A model generated the notes under the pieces. It was given only the letters and a program-made list of their open reading frames with translations, did not search any database and was not told the DNA's origin. Below are positions 34,034 through 46,636 of a stretch of DNA of 64,000 nucleotides, in pieces (within the stretch, counting starts at the first letter, position 1; each line of letters opens with the position of its first letter). The DNA is from Fistulifera solaris (taxonomy: Eukaryota). The position numbers and the translations under genes were made by a program. The stretch is from NCBI GenBank assembly GCA_030295235.1, contig AP026140.1, forward strand, positions 620,001-684,000, in the 5' to 3' direction.

Positions 34034-34918
34034 CGTAAACAAGGAGAAAGGAGAGAAAGTTCACAAATCGGAATGCGAGGGAGATAAAAACGAAACGACG
34101 TTTCTTTTTCTTTTTTTGTGTGCGAAACTGCATCGTCGCTAAAACGTTTGCACGAAATTCCGACCCCTTTACTCTCCCTTCGAGAGTGTTGTTTACTGTA
34201 GGGAACTCCAGTGTAAAGCGCCAAAAGTGCCCTTATGTACGTAAGGCCATTGTACACACTAGCCCATACAGAATAATCGTCCACACCCTCATTTAGCTCT
34301 GAATCCGTTCATAGTCAAAAAAACAGATCGGCCTAAACAGTATAGAACACGACCTCGGACAGGCCAAAATACACGCACAACACGATTTCACTTGCGCAAC
34401 TTCTCGCGAAATCCGACGATGTTGTGCTTTGACCGCCTCTGGAGGAAAAACATCCCTCCACCATGAGGACTTCGCAACAATCGGGTGAATAATTCACTCA
34501 TTTATGTATTCTAGCATTAAAGGTGTATTAGCATGTATACGAGGGCGCCCCCATATTTTACCCGACAAGTGACATAATCACTGTGGTCCGATGCATCCAT
34601 GGACAGAGCCAGAACTGTCAATAAAGGAAAGCAACGGTGCTTCATAAGCGCTAATTACCTCACAAACCCAGCCATCTAATCAAGACATATGATTAACATG
34701 ATGACTCCATGGGGTCGACCTATACATAAGGTCATGATCTCACATTTTCATGTGGACAATTGTCGACTTCCGACAACGCCGAGATCATCTCCTTGACCAC
34801 TCAAGCCCAACAGTTAGTAACACATACATAAGGAACATTACTCTTACGATATTACCATTGTTTTCCTGTGTATTTCATCGTTTCAGAGGGATTCATCGCG
34901 AAACCCCGGTTTTTAACC

Positions 34919-35006
34919 CGAAATAAGGCAGTGGTGTAAAATTATGACTACAAGTGTTACATCTACCACGGAGGCTTCCCCGTCTGTACTACACTCGGTT
35001 ATTTCG
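34919..35006 (-). repeat. 5' LTR (88 bp)
   Basis: Identical to 28193-28280. Confidence 0.95.
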
Positions 35007-35309
35007 AGAAGGCGAAAATCAACGAAGACGATCGTCGCGAGTGCATTTTTTTACGCGCACACGTCCGACGACGGAAGGATAGACTATCATTCATCCGTGA
35101 GTTAAAGAGTACAGGTACTTGTATCGGTACCGGGACTGTGAAGGACGACAATGACAACTCAACTAGACTATAACTCTCGTAACGCGGGACAAAAATAACC
35201 TATACCGGTTTTTGAGCGCAAGAGAAGTCTCTTTGATAGAGATGAACTCTAGCATTGAATCTATCTTCTACTGTACTTTGAAAAATAGTTTTTATGATGT
35301 TACTCCTTA

Positions 35310-35729
35310 TTATTTCTCCGATAAGAGATCATTTTTGTTTGACTTAAAGTCGCGTCGAGCAGAAGGTGGCAAGTTCCCTGCAAGCCAATTGTTAAGTCGA
35401 CGACGAAATCCGTTTATTTTCTTGACTTGCGGCATATTTTCCTCGTAGGTGAGCTCCACTTCGCCCCAGTCGGTCGCAAGCTGAAGACTGCGCTGGTCGC
35501 CTTTCTCGTTTACCGTCTGCAAGAAACTATCATCGTGAAGTTCAATCTGTTTGTCCTCATATATAGTGGGAAGCGTCGTTTTGTAAACTGGGCGCACAGG
35601 ACGTGCGATTAGGTCGAACTGGGTTCGTCGGCGATAGCTCATGATGCCGTTGTTTTTGACGACGAGGGAACGTTTCGACACCAAAGAAGAGTTGGCGATC
35701 AATAAGTTGCGTTGCCCGGGTTTCATCAT
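35310..35729 (-). CDS. Small hypothetical protein
   Basis: 139-aa ORF with plausible composition (LPTIYED motif); no family recognised. Confidence 0.45.
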   Translation of the reverse strand: MMKPGQRNLLIANSSLVSKRSLVVKNNGIMSYRRRTQFDLIARPVRPVYKTTLPTIYEDKQIELHDDSFLQTVNEKGDQRSLQLATDWGEVELTYEENMPQVKKINGFRRRLNNWLAGNLPPSARRDFKSNKNDLLSEK

Positions 35730-36967
35730 GGTGAGATAAAGGATCGTTCAATGATTCACAATGACTTGATTGATTTTATTTGTGAGAATGAAATTGTGGT
35801 GCGAAAAGGGTGATTGTTTTGTTGGTTCGTGAATGAGAGCAGTTTTCGTGAGGTTTTCGCGGAGAGGAACAGAGGAACAGAGCAGTTTTCATTTTTTCAG
35901 TATGCGTCCGTGTACACTATTTCCGTTTTCACGTTCTCAAAGTAACAATCTAGTACATATCAGCTCATAGTGGAGAGTTCGGCAACTGAAAAAGACACGG
36001 AAAACGGCTCCCGTCCTCTCCGCGTTACAAAGACGAAAACTATACCACGAAAACTTTTTCCTATCACGGAACGAAATGATCCACTTTGTCCTCACAATTT
36101 GATTCTCACAAAAAGCAAACGCTTGCATCAAATACCAACTGATCAACATCTTGACATGGTCCACAACGTCCCCATCTTGATGGTCCACAACGTCCCCATC
36201 TTGATTCGTCCTGGCCATGTGCGCCTTCCGATAGACGTCAATCGACGTCGTAGCCACCAGAGATCCAACGCACTTTCTGACTTCACCATGGTCCTATCGA
36301 TCGTTATCCCAAATCAAGGCAAAACTCACCGCCGGTCGCATGCCACGGACTGGAGCAGCGTATTGAAGCGTCTTTATCACGGCAAGAACGTGCGTGAGCA
36401 TCGTCGTTCGAACGCTATGACAGGGGACGAGTACATGGAGATAACATGGGTGTGCGAAGAACTACATGGCCCTTCTCAATCGCCCTGTGGCCAAGGAATC
36501 GGTGTTTGGAATCCGACTGCGTGGGAAAAGTGTGATGCCTTCGACAACGAACTGTGATCCAGTTTTCGTGAAATCAATTATAGACACAGTGATCGGTGCA
36601 TATCTGTCTTTTGCCATTTTTGTGTGGTGGCTTGTATTTCAACGGCCACATTTATCTCTGTGTCATGCATGAAAGCTCCTTTACCTAAAGAAGGAAGTAG
36701 TTACGAGAATAAAGTATAAAATGATAAGTTAAACGAAACGAAATTTCAATTTGATTATATGCCTGGAACCTGTCAATATCGACAAGCTAGGGTCGCAAAT
36801 CTTATCTTAATGAAACAAATTTTACTGATACGGAAATTTAAATTCTAGATTTCGGTCAAAAGTATACTGCAAAAATGATTCTGACAGTGACTTCGTTTGT
36901 CTTGTTTCAATGAAAATACTCACAAAATCGGAGGAAAATGTATGGCTTGCGCTTTTGTCTCTTCATG

Positions 36968-37617
36968 CTACAGTGCATAGTATGGATCCACCATCTCCGA
37001 AATCAATCCAAGGCGCTCTCGTCTTTCTCTTTCCGACAATCGTCTTGGTCTGCGATTGTAACGAGCGTATTCATCGGGAAGAGCGACAGTTGACGTCGAG
37101 ATAGTTTTCCAATCCAACGTCAAGCCAAATCGAGGGGTGTAGGGATGGTCACCGATAGTCAGAGCGTATTCACGGATTTCCATCGTCTTGCTAAAGACGA
37201 TTTTTTGAGCCGATAAGGATAAGAAACTCTCTTCTTTGCAGTATGCGGCACATATAATCTTTCTTCTTCGTCAGATGACTCGTCGCTACTATTGTTAAGT
37301 TCAACAAGATCAGGTCTTTCAAATAATTGCACAAAATCGGAAGACAAGGAAGGAAGTGTTGTCAAAAAGGAATCATCGCTGTAGTCGACGCACGGGAAGT
37401 CCGCCCATCCGAACGCCATTAACTTGGCGGATGGTTCGATCGTGAACGTGCCACCACCCGTTTGTATAACGGGAAGGTATTTGCGCTTATTAACAGCTTT
37501 GTGGGATTGCTCTCCATCTTCTTTAAGACGATTGTTTGTGCAAAGCATCATGTCGGGAGGCGACTCAATTAGAGGAAAGTCGTCCCAACCAAAAGAGACG
37601 ATCTGTTGGGATTCCAT
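36968..37617 (-). CDS. Hypothetical protein with RVxF-like/EIREY..TIGDHP..L.L.W motif; frameshift ~37200
   Basis: KKRVS followed by EIREYALTIGDHP...GLTLDW...RRPRRLS..ERRERL, a motif I recognise from diatom proteins. Confidence 0.6.
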
Positions 37618-38057
37618 TTGCTAAGATGGGCTTTTTTGTGGGAGAGAAGAGTTAGAACTGCCATACTTGTTGCTTTCTTCGTTTGAATTGATGATAAATA
37701 CTCCGAGGCCTTTAGTGTCAGTCCCATTAATTGAGAACATTTTCATTGCGAACGGGCCACGCGGTCAATCCCACGAGAATTTTATTTCGTTCCACGCGCA
37801 CAATTTTCGAGGCGTTTGAGGATGATTCATAAGAGCGTGATACGTAGACTGTGGCGAATAATGTACATCTCCTGTACTTGAGACACGACAATCGGTACTC
37901 ACATTCCACAGTATTCAAATATTTGCCACGTAAGCACGCGATTTGTACCAACACGGTAGGGTTAACGGTTAGCTTTCTTATACATCATTGCTTGACAAGC
38001 TGGACCTCTCTAGCTAGCTAGACATAGTGCCTTTTATTATCCTTTCAGTCCACTAGA

Positions 38058-39536
38058 TTAACCACTCGACACGGGCTCTTCTTCGGTGGCAGAAGCCAAG
38101 TCCGACTCGGGTCTACGAAGCAGCTTGTTTCGAAAAGCCTTAAGTTTGTCTTTGATAACACTCATTTTACCGGGTGGCTTTTTCGACGGATCCAATTCTT
38201 CTTGAACACCCTGACTAGCCTTTCGAATCAGCAAACTCATAGTGGAACCAATCACGAATGCGTACAGAGTACATGTGAGGGAGAGGACGTTAAAAGGCAT
38301 ACTGAGATCCGGTAGCGGTGGTAGAAGTAGAATAGTATTCGAAGATACAGTGCCTTCGCTAAAGTCTACCCAGACCGGTGGCAGCTCAATTCCTCGATTC
38401 GGATCCCCGGGTATTGAATCAAGTGACCAAAAGAGGGGATCGAATTGTAGTGAAACAGAAAAACTCTCATTCCAGCCGTAGGTCAAATGGACGCCATCTT
38501 CAGCAAATACAATGTCATGGGTAAGTAACTCGTCCCATCGCAACGTACTACCGGACTCAGTTTGCACCTTTAACGATGTCCAGCGTGGTTTAAGTACTGG
38601 AGGTAAATGCTGATGAACCACCGTGGGAATATTGGTGTCGATCCGAGTAACGAGTGTACCCGTGTGAGCCATTGATGGGTAAAGATGATAATCAACAAGC
38701 ACGGAAGGCTTATCACGTATTGTAGGAGAAACTGCCTTCCGAAAAAGCGGATGTTCGATAGATATGGAAGAGCTCAAAAAGCACGTGGTCTCGTTCTTTG
38801 CTTCACAAATATCTGAATTCCATTCAATATTCGAAGCGGATGCCGAGAGCAGCTCCATCTGGATCGGATCTGCCAAAAGTGGTTGGTTCACTGGAACGGG
38901 AATGAGATCCTTGAACTTCGGCAGTCTATTACTCTGAACAATATACTGTAAGCCTCTTTCAATCGTATCTCCTTCTATTTCTATCCATAGGCGGTGCCGT
39001 GTTGTTGTTTCCAGTAACCAGCTCGAATCGGTCATCCAATAATCACGCAATGCCTCCACGGAAACAGCGGCATTTCCTTCCGTAGGTAGAACAATCGACC
39101 ATACTCCATCTTTCTCGTGCGCGTAACGATGTAAGCGCTTGGTTTGCGTATTGGTCGATGTCAGCAACAAACGATGTTGAAGCACCAGCTGTTGAAACAA
39201 ATGTTCCGGGGCAGTACTATTGGCAATGGCTACCGTTACTCCAGGATGAGAACGAACCGTCCAGTCTGGAGCACTGAGAGAATGAAACGGATCAAAGGGA
39301 TAATAAGTCTGTGCCTCAGACGATGCCTGCAGGAATACACGATGTGCGGTTTGTTGTTGCAGCAGCCGACGAAGGTCCTGAGGGAGACGCTCTCGTGTGA
39401 CGATACGAACGTGCCAGTCGACACCGCCGCCATCGACGGTTACTGGAGCCAACCATATCCTATGTTCTTTTGTTTGAAACATCTCGGACGATGCTTGCAG
39501 AAATAATAAGCTTTGAGTAATGACAGCAACGTACAA
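38058..39536 (-). CDS. PIGT: GPI transamidase subunit PIG-T/Gpi16-like; true start uncertain
   Basis: PGDPNRGIELPP and LLLPPLPDLSMPFNVLSLTCT followed by a TM helix. Confidence 0.75.
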   Translation of the reverse strand: MYVAVITQSLLFLQASSEMFQTKEHRIWLAPVTVDGGGVDWHVRIVTRERLPQDLRRLLQQQTAHRVFLQASSEAQTYYPFDPFHSLSAPDWTVRSHPGVTVAIANSTAPEHLFQQLVLQHRLLLTSTNTQTKRLHRYAHEKDGVWSIVLPTEGNAAVSVEALRDYWMTDSSWLLETTTRHRLWIEIEGDTIERGLQYIVQSNRLPKFKDLIPVPVNQPLLADPIQMELLSASASNIEWNSDICEAKNETTCFLSSSISIEHPLFRKAVSPTIRDKPSVLVDYHLYPSMAHTGTLVTRIDTNIPTVVHQHLPPVLKPRWTSLKVQTESGSTLRWDELLTHDIVFAEDGVHLTYGWNESFSVSLQFDPLFWSLDSIPGDPNRGIELPPVWVDFSEGTVSSNTILLLPPLPDLSMPFNVLSLTCTLYAFVIGSTMSLLIRKASQGVQEELDPSKKPPGKMSVIKDKLKAFRNKLLRRPESDLASATEEEPVSSG

Positions 39537-39874
39537 GTATTACGGTAGTCTAACCAAAAGGTTTAGCGCGATGCGGATTTTTCTTTTGTGTTACTAAAGT
39601 TAAGGTTACCGTGAACGGGAAGTTTACGATCTTTAGTTAGCAAACAAGATCCGTTTATTGTCACACTGATATTGGTTCCGCCTCCCCTAAACTTCAACTT
39701 CTTGAACGCGCACACACATTGCGACGACCATGACGCGATGAAAATACTGGGTTGAAATAATCCGAGTTCCTATTGATACGCAATCGCCGTTCTTGGACTA
39801 CATTAAACGTTTTCAATCGGGTTTTCTTGCTTGCTCTATTTACGTCGAATCACGACGACTCCTGAAATCGTAAC

Positions 39875-40957
39875 ATGGCAATCAGCTTCTTCTTTTTGCA
39901 CTCTCATTCTACCTGAGTCTCATCCCCCAGGCAGAATCATTTGTTATCCATCAATGCGCGAAATCTTTTTCTCGACTATCCGCTGGTAGACCGACCGAGC
40001 TTCCCGATTCATTAGAAGATGCTGCCGTCCGAGCTGCGGAGGCCTCGGCATTGTTTGCCGAGCAAATGGGTAGCATGGGCCGATGCCGGGTCGACTTTGA
40101 CACATCAGTCGGCGACGAGACCTATACAATGCTCAAATCAAGCACCGAATTCATGCAGAATTATGTCTCGGCCTTGTGTTACTCTATGATTCCGGGACTG
40201 CAAGAACAGCGTCAAGCCGAAATGATGCGTGTGGTAGAGGCGCGCGCCGAACTCAAGGCGATGGAGAATGCGGAGGAAGCCAACGCCGAGCGAGAAGAAC
40301 AGTTGGTGCAAATAATAGCAGCAAATGGACGAGATAAAAATGCGAAGTGGGAAGGACCCAAAGCACGAATCTACTTTCCGGATGAAGGAAATGCTGCCTT
40401 GGCTCGTCGTGATTGGCTCGGTAGTGGACCCAAGCCGGGCGCCGCCAAAGTACCGCCCTGCGTGGAATTTAGTTCCTGTGGTGGCGTGCAAAGAGTCAAT
40501 GATGTGTCGAATGATATGCTGGTCTTCTTCTTTTGCCCAAAGGCTTCGGAATCGGATTCGGTAGAAAAAATATTACAACGCTCGGAGGCTGAATCGAGCT
40601 GTCTCAAGCTCACTGTGTTTGTCAACCCCAGTCTCGTCGACATGGGTGTCACCGGGTTTGGAATGGCCGGGCGCATGTTGCGCGAGCGACTCATTGATCC
40701 CCCTCCAAACAACGTACTATCTGCGTACGCTGGCTTGGGGCGCGTTGACGCGACAGTACCCGGAAGCGTTTTCGGTGTGGCAGGAAGATGAGGGCGCGGA
40801 TGGAGGCTACCGGCTGATTAAAACGATGGATCGCCTTCCGTCAAATCCGGAAGTGGAAGATATTTACGACATTGAGAACGGTGCGAAAAGCGAAAGGTCG
40901 AGTGGTGGTTTCTTAGATCAACTAGGTGATTTTGTTCAAGGTATGACTCGACTGTAA
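39875..40957 (+). CDS. DUF1995-family protein, probably plastid-targeted; frameshifts ~39900-40050 and ~40700
   Basis: [56 protein letters not shown]. Confidence 0.75.
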
Positions 40958-41261
40958 AGAACAATTTGCAATAAATATATTTTAGCACGGTAAATTTCGC
41001 ATCGATAATGCTTGTAGTCCTAACGATATAATTCGTTTTAGTTCTGACAAAGAGCGGCCAGTTATAGTTTCATCGAAAAAGCTAGACTAGAGTTGGTGAA
41101 AGATTGCAAGAGGCTAATTTGGATGAAGTAGGGCCTGAAGCTCTAGTCAAAGGCCCCTTCAGGCCGTTAGCGTACAGTCAAAAGCCTAAACAAATCGATT
41201 TTCCTCATTTTTCAAAGGAAAAAAGATCCACCGAGCATATCATAAAAAGAGAGTTGGCAGC

Positions 41262-42831
41262 ATGTTCGCTCTTGTGCATATCTTGTCTATTCTTTCCTTC
41301 GGTCTGGTATGTGCCAGCCAGGGAAATGATGACCCGGTGGTGGTGGGCCTTACTTTCCTTGCGGAGTCTACTGACCCATCCGAAGGAAGCACTCCCTGGG
41401 CACTGACAAGCCATGGTATTGCTGAAAAGCTCTTCACCGTAGACAAGAACGGCAACATAGTTGGCCAGTTGGCAACATCTGTTGCCAAGGTCAGCGACTT
41501 TGTCTGGGATGTCACCATTCAACCCGATAGCAAGTTTTCTGATGGTACGCCAGTCTCAAGCGAGGCCGTAGCCTTTTCATTGATGGAACAAAATAACAAG
41601 AATCCTAGCGCACAGTCATCATTGGGAAACATGACAGTGGTAGCTTTGGATGATACGACTGTGAGGATCGAGTCGGAACGCCAAACTCACATGATGGATG
41701 CTGTACTTGCGGAGTGGGCATTTGTTATCTATTCCAAAGCCTCGGACGGAAACTTTGTATTCACTGGGCCGTTTGCCATTGCAGTTTTCGAAGCGGAACA
41801 AATTCACTTAGTACCCAACGAGTACTATTTGGGTGCAACAGTGCGCTCCAGTGTTTTGATTAAGAAGTTTGAAGATGGGCATGATTTGGCGACGGCTTTC
41901 AAAGATGACAAGGTTGACATCGCATTTCAGCTACCCATTGACACGCTTCCGGATTTGAGAAAGGAGAAGGGTGCCCGTATCAAGTCGTTTGAAGTGGGTT
42001 ACCACTACATGATGTTTTACAACATGGAGACATTGGAAGATGTTCGCATACGGAAGGCCATTGATCTAGCTATTGATCGCAATACAGTGTCCCAGGCTCT
42101 TGCTGGAGGCAAAGGCACTCGCAGCCTCTTCCCCGATAATTCGCCGTTCTTCTCGGATGACTCGGAAGCGGGTGGCGACCCCGATGCGGCATCCAAATTG
42201 CTCGAAGAAGCGGGATGGGCACTGAATACGAGTGGCAAGCGCGCCAAGGACGGCAAGGAGCTAACCGTCCAACTTGTAGCATATCCTCATCGTCCAGGAC
42301 TCCTGATTTCACAAAAGGTGATTGCAGAAACTTTGACCGCTTTAGGTATATCGGTCACCACCATCGTCACCGGTCAGGATTGGTCCGAGACGGAGCAGGT
42401 TATCAACGACAGAAGTTTCGATTTGCTCATGTGGGCCCAACACACGTTGCCCGCCGGCGACCCCTTGTGGTTCCTCACTACCTTCTTTCGCAGCGACGGG
42501 AGTAACAACCACGCGCACATCAACTCGACTACTATAGACCTCTACGTGGACATGCTCTCTCGTAGCGAAGGACACGACGAACGTGTGATGTTGAGCCAAA
42601 CAATTCAAGATTTTATCCTCGAGGCAGTACCGGTAAGCAACCTCGTGACGCCTTTTTTGGCATGTGGGGCTGAGTGAACGCGCAGCTGATTACGAGCCTT
42701 GGGGTTCTGATTACTACGTGATCCGGTCCGATTTGTCAGTCGCACCTGGAGAAGTTTCTGGTGGCCAGAGAAGTGCCGCGGCTCAAGGGTTGTTGATAAT
42801 CTGTGCCACTTTCATGGTTGTAATGCTGTAA
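41262..42831 (+). CDS. Family-5 ABC-type solute-binding protein (NikA/OppA/DppA-like) with signal peptide and hydrophobic C-terminal tail; frameshift in T-run ~42655
   Basis: E.L..VD.NG.I...LA, KFSDGTPV..EAV..S, TGPF, DVRIRKAIDLAIDR, A.KLLEEAGW...KDGK.L; corrected tail ...GLLIICATFMVVML-stop at 42829-42831. Confidence 0.88.
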
Positions 42832-43426
42832 ACTGTCAATATGCAGGTGTCTTTTGCGTTCTAGCCTATAGACCGTAGCCTCATCTTTCCCTTGTATTAG
42901 AAAAAATTGTGTCCGTCATCCACATCTGTTCCTCCGACGAAGCTTAGCCTCGAATCAAAATCGTGTAGGACTGATTCGGATCTCATTTCCTTGCTAAAAA
43001 AGAAATTAAGAGTTTCTGTTTCCGCTTTTTAAATCATTCTCGTGCAGAATCACCGTTCACGCTGACGCGCACACTCAATCGAATGCCTCCGGAACACAAG
43101 GTCGCCGTATGTCGTCGGCAGCAAAATCAGTTCCTGTAGTTGGCTATTGCCAGCCATTCCTGTAACTGAAAGAAACAGAAGCGAAAGGATAATACGGTTG
43201 CGTTTTCATAAATAATGCGTGATGCTGTGAATAAAATAAAACTTTTCGAAGCAATATGCGACCGATGTGCAGACGCTCCAAAAATCGCGTCCCATTTTTT
43301 TTGGAAAAGTGTGCGCGTGTCATCATCGTCAAAACACACCATAGTTGATGCCATTATTAATACTCCGTAATTAAGAAAAGTGTTCCAATAAAGATAGTTA
43401 AAGCGATCTACACTGATTGGGGTAGC

Positions 43427-44922
43427 ATGATACTGAAAATCGTTTCATTACTGATATTTAGTCTCCTACAATTTGCGGTCGATGGATCCCAACTGGATGA
43501 TATCCTCATCCAAGGAAACGATGCCTTGGTGGAAGATAATACTCAACAAGCTATTTTCCTGTATCGCAAAGGAATCGAGGAAATGAAACGGCAAAAGGAA
43601 GTTTCTTTGCTGACAACCATCAGTTTGTATACGAATCTTGCAACTGCACTGTCTTCCGAGGGCGACAATGAGGCGGCAGCGCTGTCGTACCAGCAAGCTT
43701 TGACCGCTTACGAAGACCAAATTGATTTCGTCTCGGACATGGAAACAAAGGAAGAAGCCAAAGAAATCGCTTCTCAATCATCTTTTTTCTTAGGTATGGT
43801 CTACCAGGATCTAAGTCGGCCAAAAGAAGCCATCGAAGCTTACGCTCTCACTCATGATGAGTTCGATTCCAACCATTGGGCATCCTACGCCAACAAGGGG
43901 TCGGTATTCCATGACAACTTCTCTAACCATGAAAAAGCTCTCGAAGCTTACAATCAAGCGTACACACTTCTGGTGGGAGGGCACGCCACGGAGCCACCGG
44001 CCGAACCTCGTTATATTCTCTCACAACTCCAATATCGCATCGGATTGTGTTTGTCGGCGCGAGAGGATCGTCGCTGTGCTTTGCAGAATGAGGATGGCAC
44101 TACCGAAGTCGTGGACTGTCAAGAACAAGCCGCTCACGCCTTTAGCGTAGCATTGCAATACGATCCTACCAATGTGTCGGCGCAACATATGCTCGCGAGT
44201 CTCACGGCCGACGCGACCATGAAGCGAGCATCCAATGCGTACGTGCAATCACTGTTTGATGGTTACGCCGTCAATTTTGAGCACTCTCTGGTCAAAGATT
44301 TGGGATATACTGGATACGAGCGCTTGAGAAAAGGATTTGACCGAGCCATGGTAAACCTCGGAGAAACAAAGCCCATGTCACTAGTTATCGACGCGGGATG
44401 CGGCACTGGGTTAGTGGGAGAGCAGTTTCGGAACATCAGCACGGTATTGGTGGGAGTGGACTTGAGTGCAGCAATTTTGGAGCAGGCTCAACAGAAGCGA
44501 CCTGGTCTTTACGACGATACTCGAGTTGGGGATGTCATGGCCACCTTCGACGAATTTGCTAATCAGATCTCGCTGATTATTGCTGGAGACTCTTACATCT
44601 ATTTCGGTGACTTACTTCCACTGTTTGAAGCCATGGAAAGGGGTTGAAACCTGGAGGATATGCTGCTTTTACGTTAGAAAATGTTCCAGCAGAAAACGAA
44701 GAAATACTGGCTGAAACAAAACCGGACTGGAGATGGCAGCTGACCCCCAGTGGGCGCTTTGCCCACCGAAAGGCCTACGTTATGAACGCGAGCCAAGAAA
44801 CGAATTTAAAAATAATACACTACGAGCAGATGGATGGCTTCCGTTTCGAGAAAGGAATCGGCGTCCGTGGGCATATATTCGTCCTCCAGAAACCTCATAA
44901 AGGGACGGGCGATGAGTTATAA
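43427..44922 (+). CDS. TPR plus class I SAM methyltransferase (COG4976-like); frameshift ~44643
   Basis: TPR helices; YVQSLFDGYA.NFE..LV..LGY, DAGCGTGLVG, GVDLS, YFGDL, SGRFAH. Confidence 0.85.
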
Positions 44923-45266
44923 ACGCATCATACAAATAGTCAAGGCTTAAGCTAGGAATTTTTTGATGTTTGAATTAAGGAACGAATCAAATAATCAATT
45001 GTGGTAACATTACAGGGAAATTACCAAGCAGGCGCACTCCGCCGTTTAGACTGGAACGGTAAACAAGATATTTCGCATGATGAATCATCCTGCAGCGGGA
45101 ATACTTTTCTTAGGTACGACTTGCCCTCAATCCTCGTTCCGATCAGTTTCCGAAACCTCACTGACATAGTTGTTTTCGGTTTCAGAGTAGTTGATTGATT
45201 CACCTGTTTGAACCGAATCAATATGGGTGCCAGCCAATTCAGAGGTGACGCTTTCCGTCACGTCTG

Positions 45267-46636
45267 TCATAGAGTCTCCCTTTTTCCATTCAACTTTTCA
45301 GTGGTCTTTTCTGCCTCGTCGTGTCCATTCAGCGGTTCATTATCGTCTGTATCGGCTCTGGTCTTCTTCTTTTTCTTTTTATCCTTATTTTCTTGTTCGT
45401 CTTCCACCTCGAGTGGTCGATTCCACGGCGCATCTGCCCCAAACTCTACTGACTCGGAATCGTCGTCTTCGCCGGCCATCACTTCCTCTTCTTCGTGCCC
45501 GTCATCAGTCAAGTGCGAACTGACAGAAACATCATCCTTTGCTTCAATGTAGATCTCTGGTGCTCCAGCAGGCAAGCTGTCGTCGGCGTCTTCGGCAACT
45601 GCGGCTTGGATTGCTGCAGCCAGTAGTTTTCCTTCTTCCTTTGTAAGGCGTACACTGTCCTGAATAGGCAATCCGCGAAGAGCATTAAGCATGGCAGAAG
45701 GACCCGGAACGGCCTCAAGCTCTTGGAACGGAGTTAGATCGACGTCTCCGAAATCAACACCTTCGAATTCGTCTGACTCTCTGAGTCTACGGATCAGGGC
45801 ATCCTGCTTAGACAGAGTGTCTTGGTAGAGGATTCTCATGCTACTAGCCGTTGCGTCCAGTGTCATGAAATGCATTTCGCAAAATGCCTTTTTATCCGAA
45901 AGCCATGATTTACAGCGTTGTAGATATTTCTTGATTTCTCGGCTACCCTTGTGAAGTTTTGCTTTTTGTTTTTCTATCGCAAGCATCTGGTGCATATTCC
46001 TACATAGTTGTGCTTCCAAAGCTACTTCCTCTTTCGACCCAACCTTCTTCCACTTTTTACTGGCTTTCATCATAGCCTTAGCGTATTCTTGAACATTGAA
46101 TCCGGTATGAGTCAGTAGTTTCGTATTCTTTACTATCTTCTCTTGAGTTGCGAGTAGCATCTTTTCCTCCCGTGCTCTTTTGAAGCAGTGACGAGTCTCA
46201 ACACGATTTCCTTGCAAGCGATGGGCTTTCAGAGCCTTCCGGCATATTTTCATTTTCTTTCGGATTTCGATGATCTCTTTATCTCTTTTGATCGCTTCAG
46301 CGTAGTATTGCTTTTCAGCTTCCCATTTTTTATCGGCGGCAAACTTGGCGGCGTCTTCAGCCTTTGAAGAAAACCAGTGGTAAGCAGCTTCCTTTTGGCC
46401 TCCCATTCCTTTGCCGCTTGCTCTTCTTTCTTCTTTTGGACTTTCCGCTCAGCCTCTTCGACAATCTTTGCCTGTTCATTCTTCTCACCAAGGAGCTTAC
46501 GCAGTTCAGCGGGGGAGAGGTTCGGATGTTTTGCAGCGGCCATAGCCATCTCTAAAGCCAAGCGGACTTCCTCATCGTCTTCGTTTACTTCCTGCACATT
46601 GACGCTAGAAACGTCTTCCGCCTCCGCTTCAGCCAT
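45267..46636 (-). CDS. Coiled-coil hypothetical protein; frameshift ~46400
   Basis: Two overlapping long ORFs with K/E-rich helical composition. Confidence 0.7.

Larger units (their letters stand above)
28193..35006 (-). mobile_element. Full-length Ty1/copia LTR retrotransposon (CoDi-like), 6814 bp
   Basis: Two identical 88-bp LTRs; domain order gag, protease (AELDSH..DTC, ~32580), integrase, RT (ADIGNAYLNA, KALYGLKSSG, VYTDD), RNase H (FVDADLAGD..TRRSRTG); polypurine tract GTGAGGGGAC. Confidence 0.95.

Noticed and set aside
35970..36557. 195-aa ORF containing a 24-bp tandem duplication (~36157-36204)
   Set aside because: Non-ATG start and no recognisable domain; cannot be supported as a gene, and the repeat has no spacer structure
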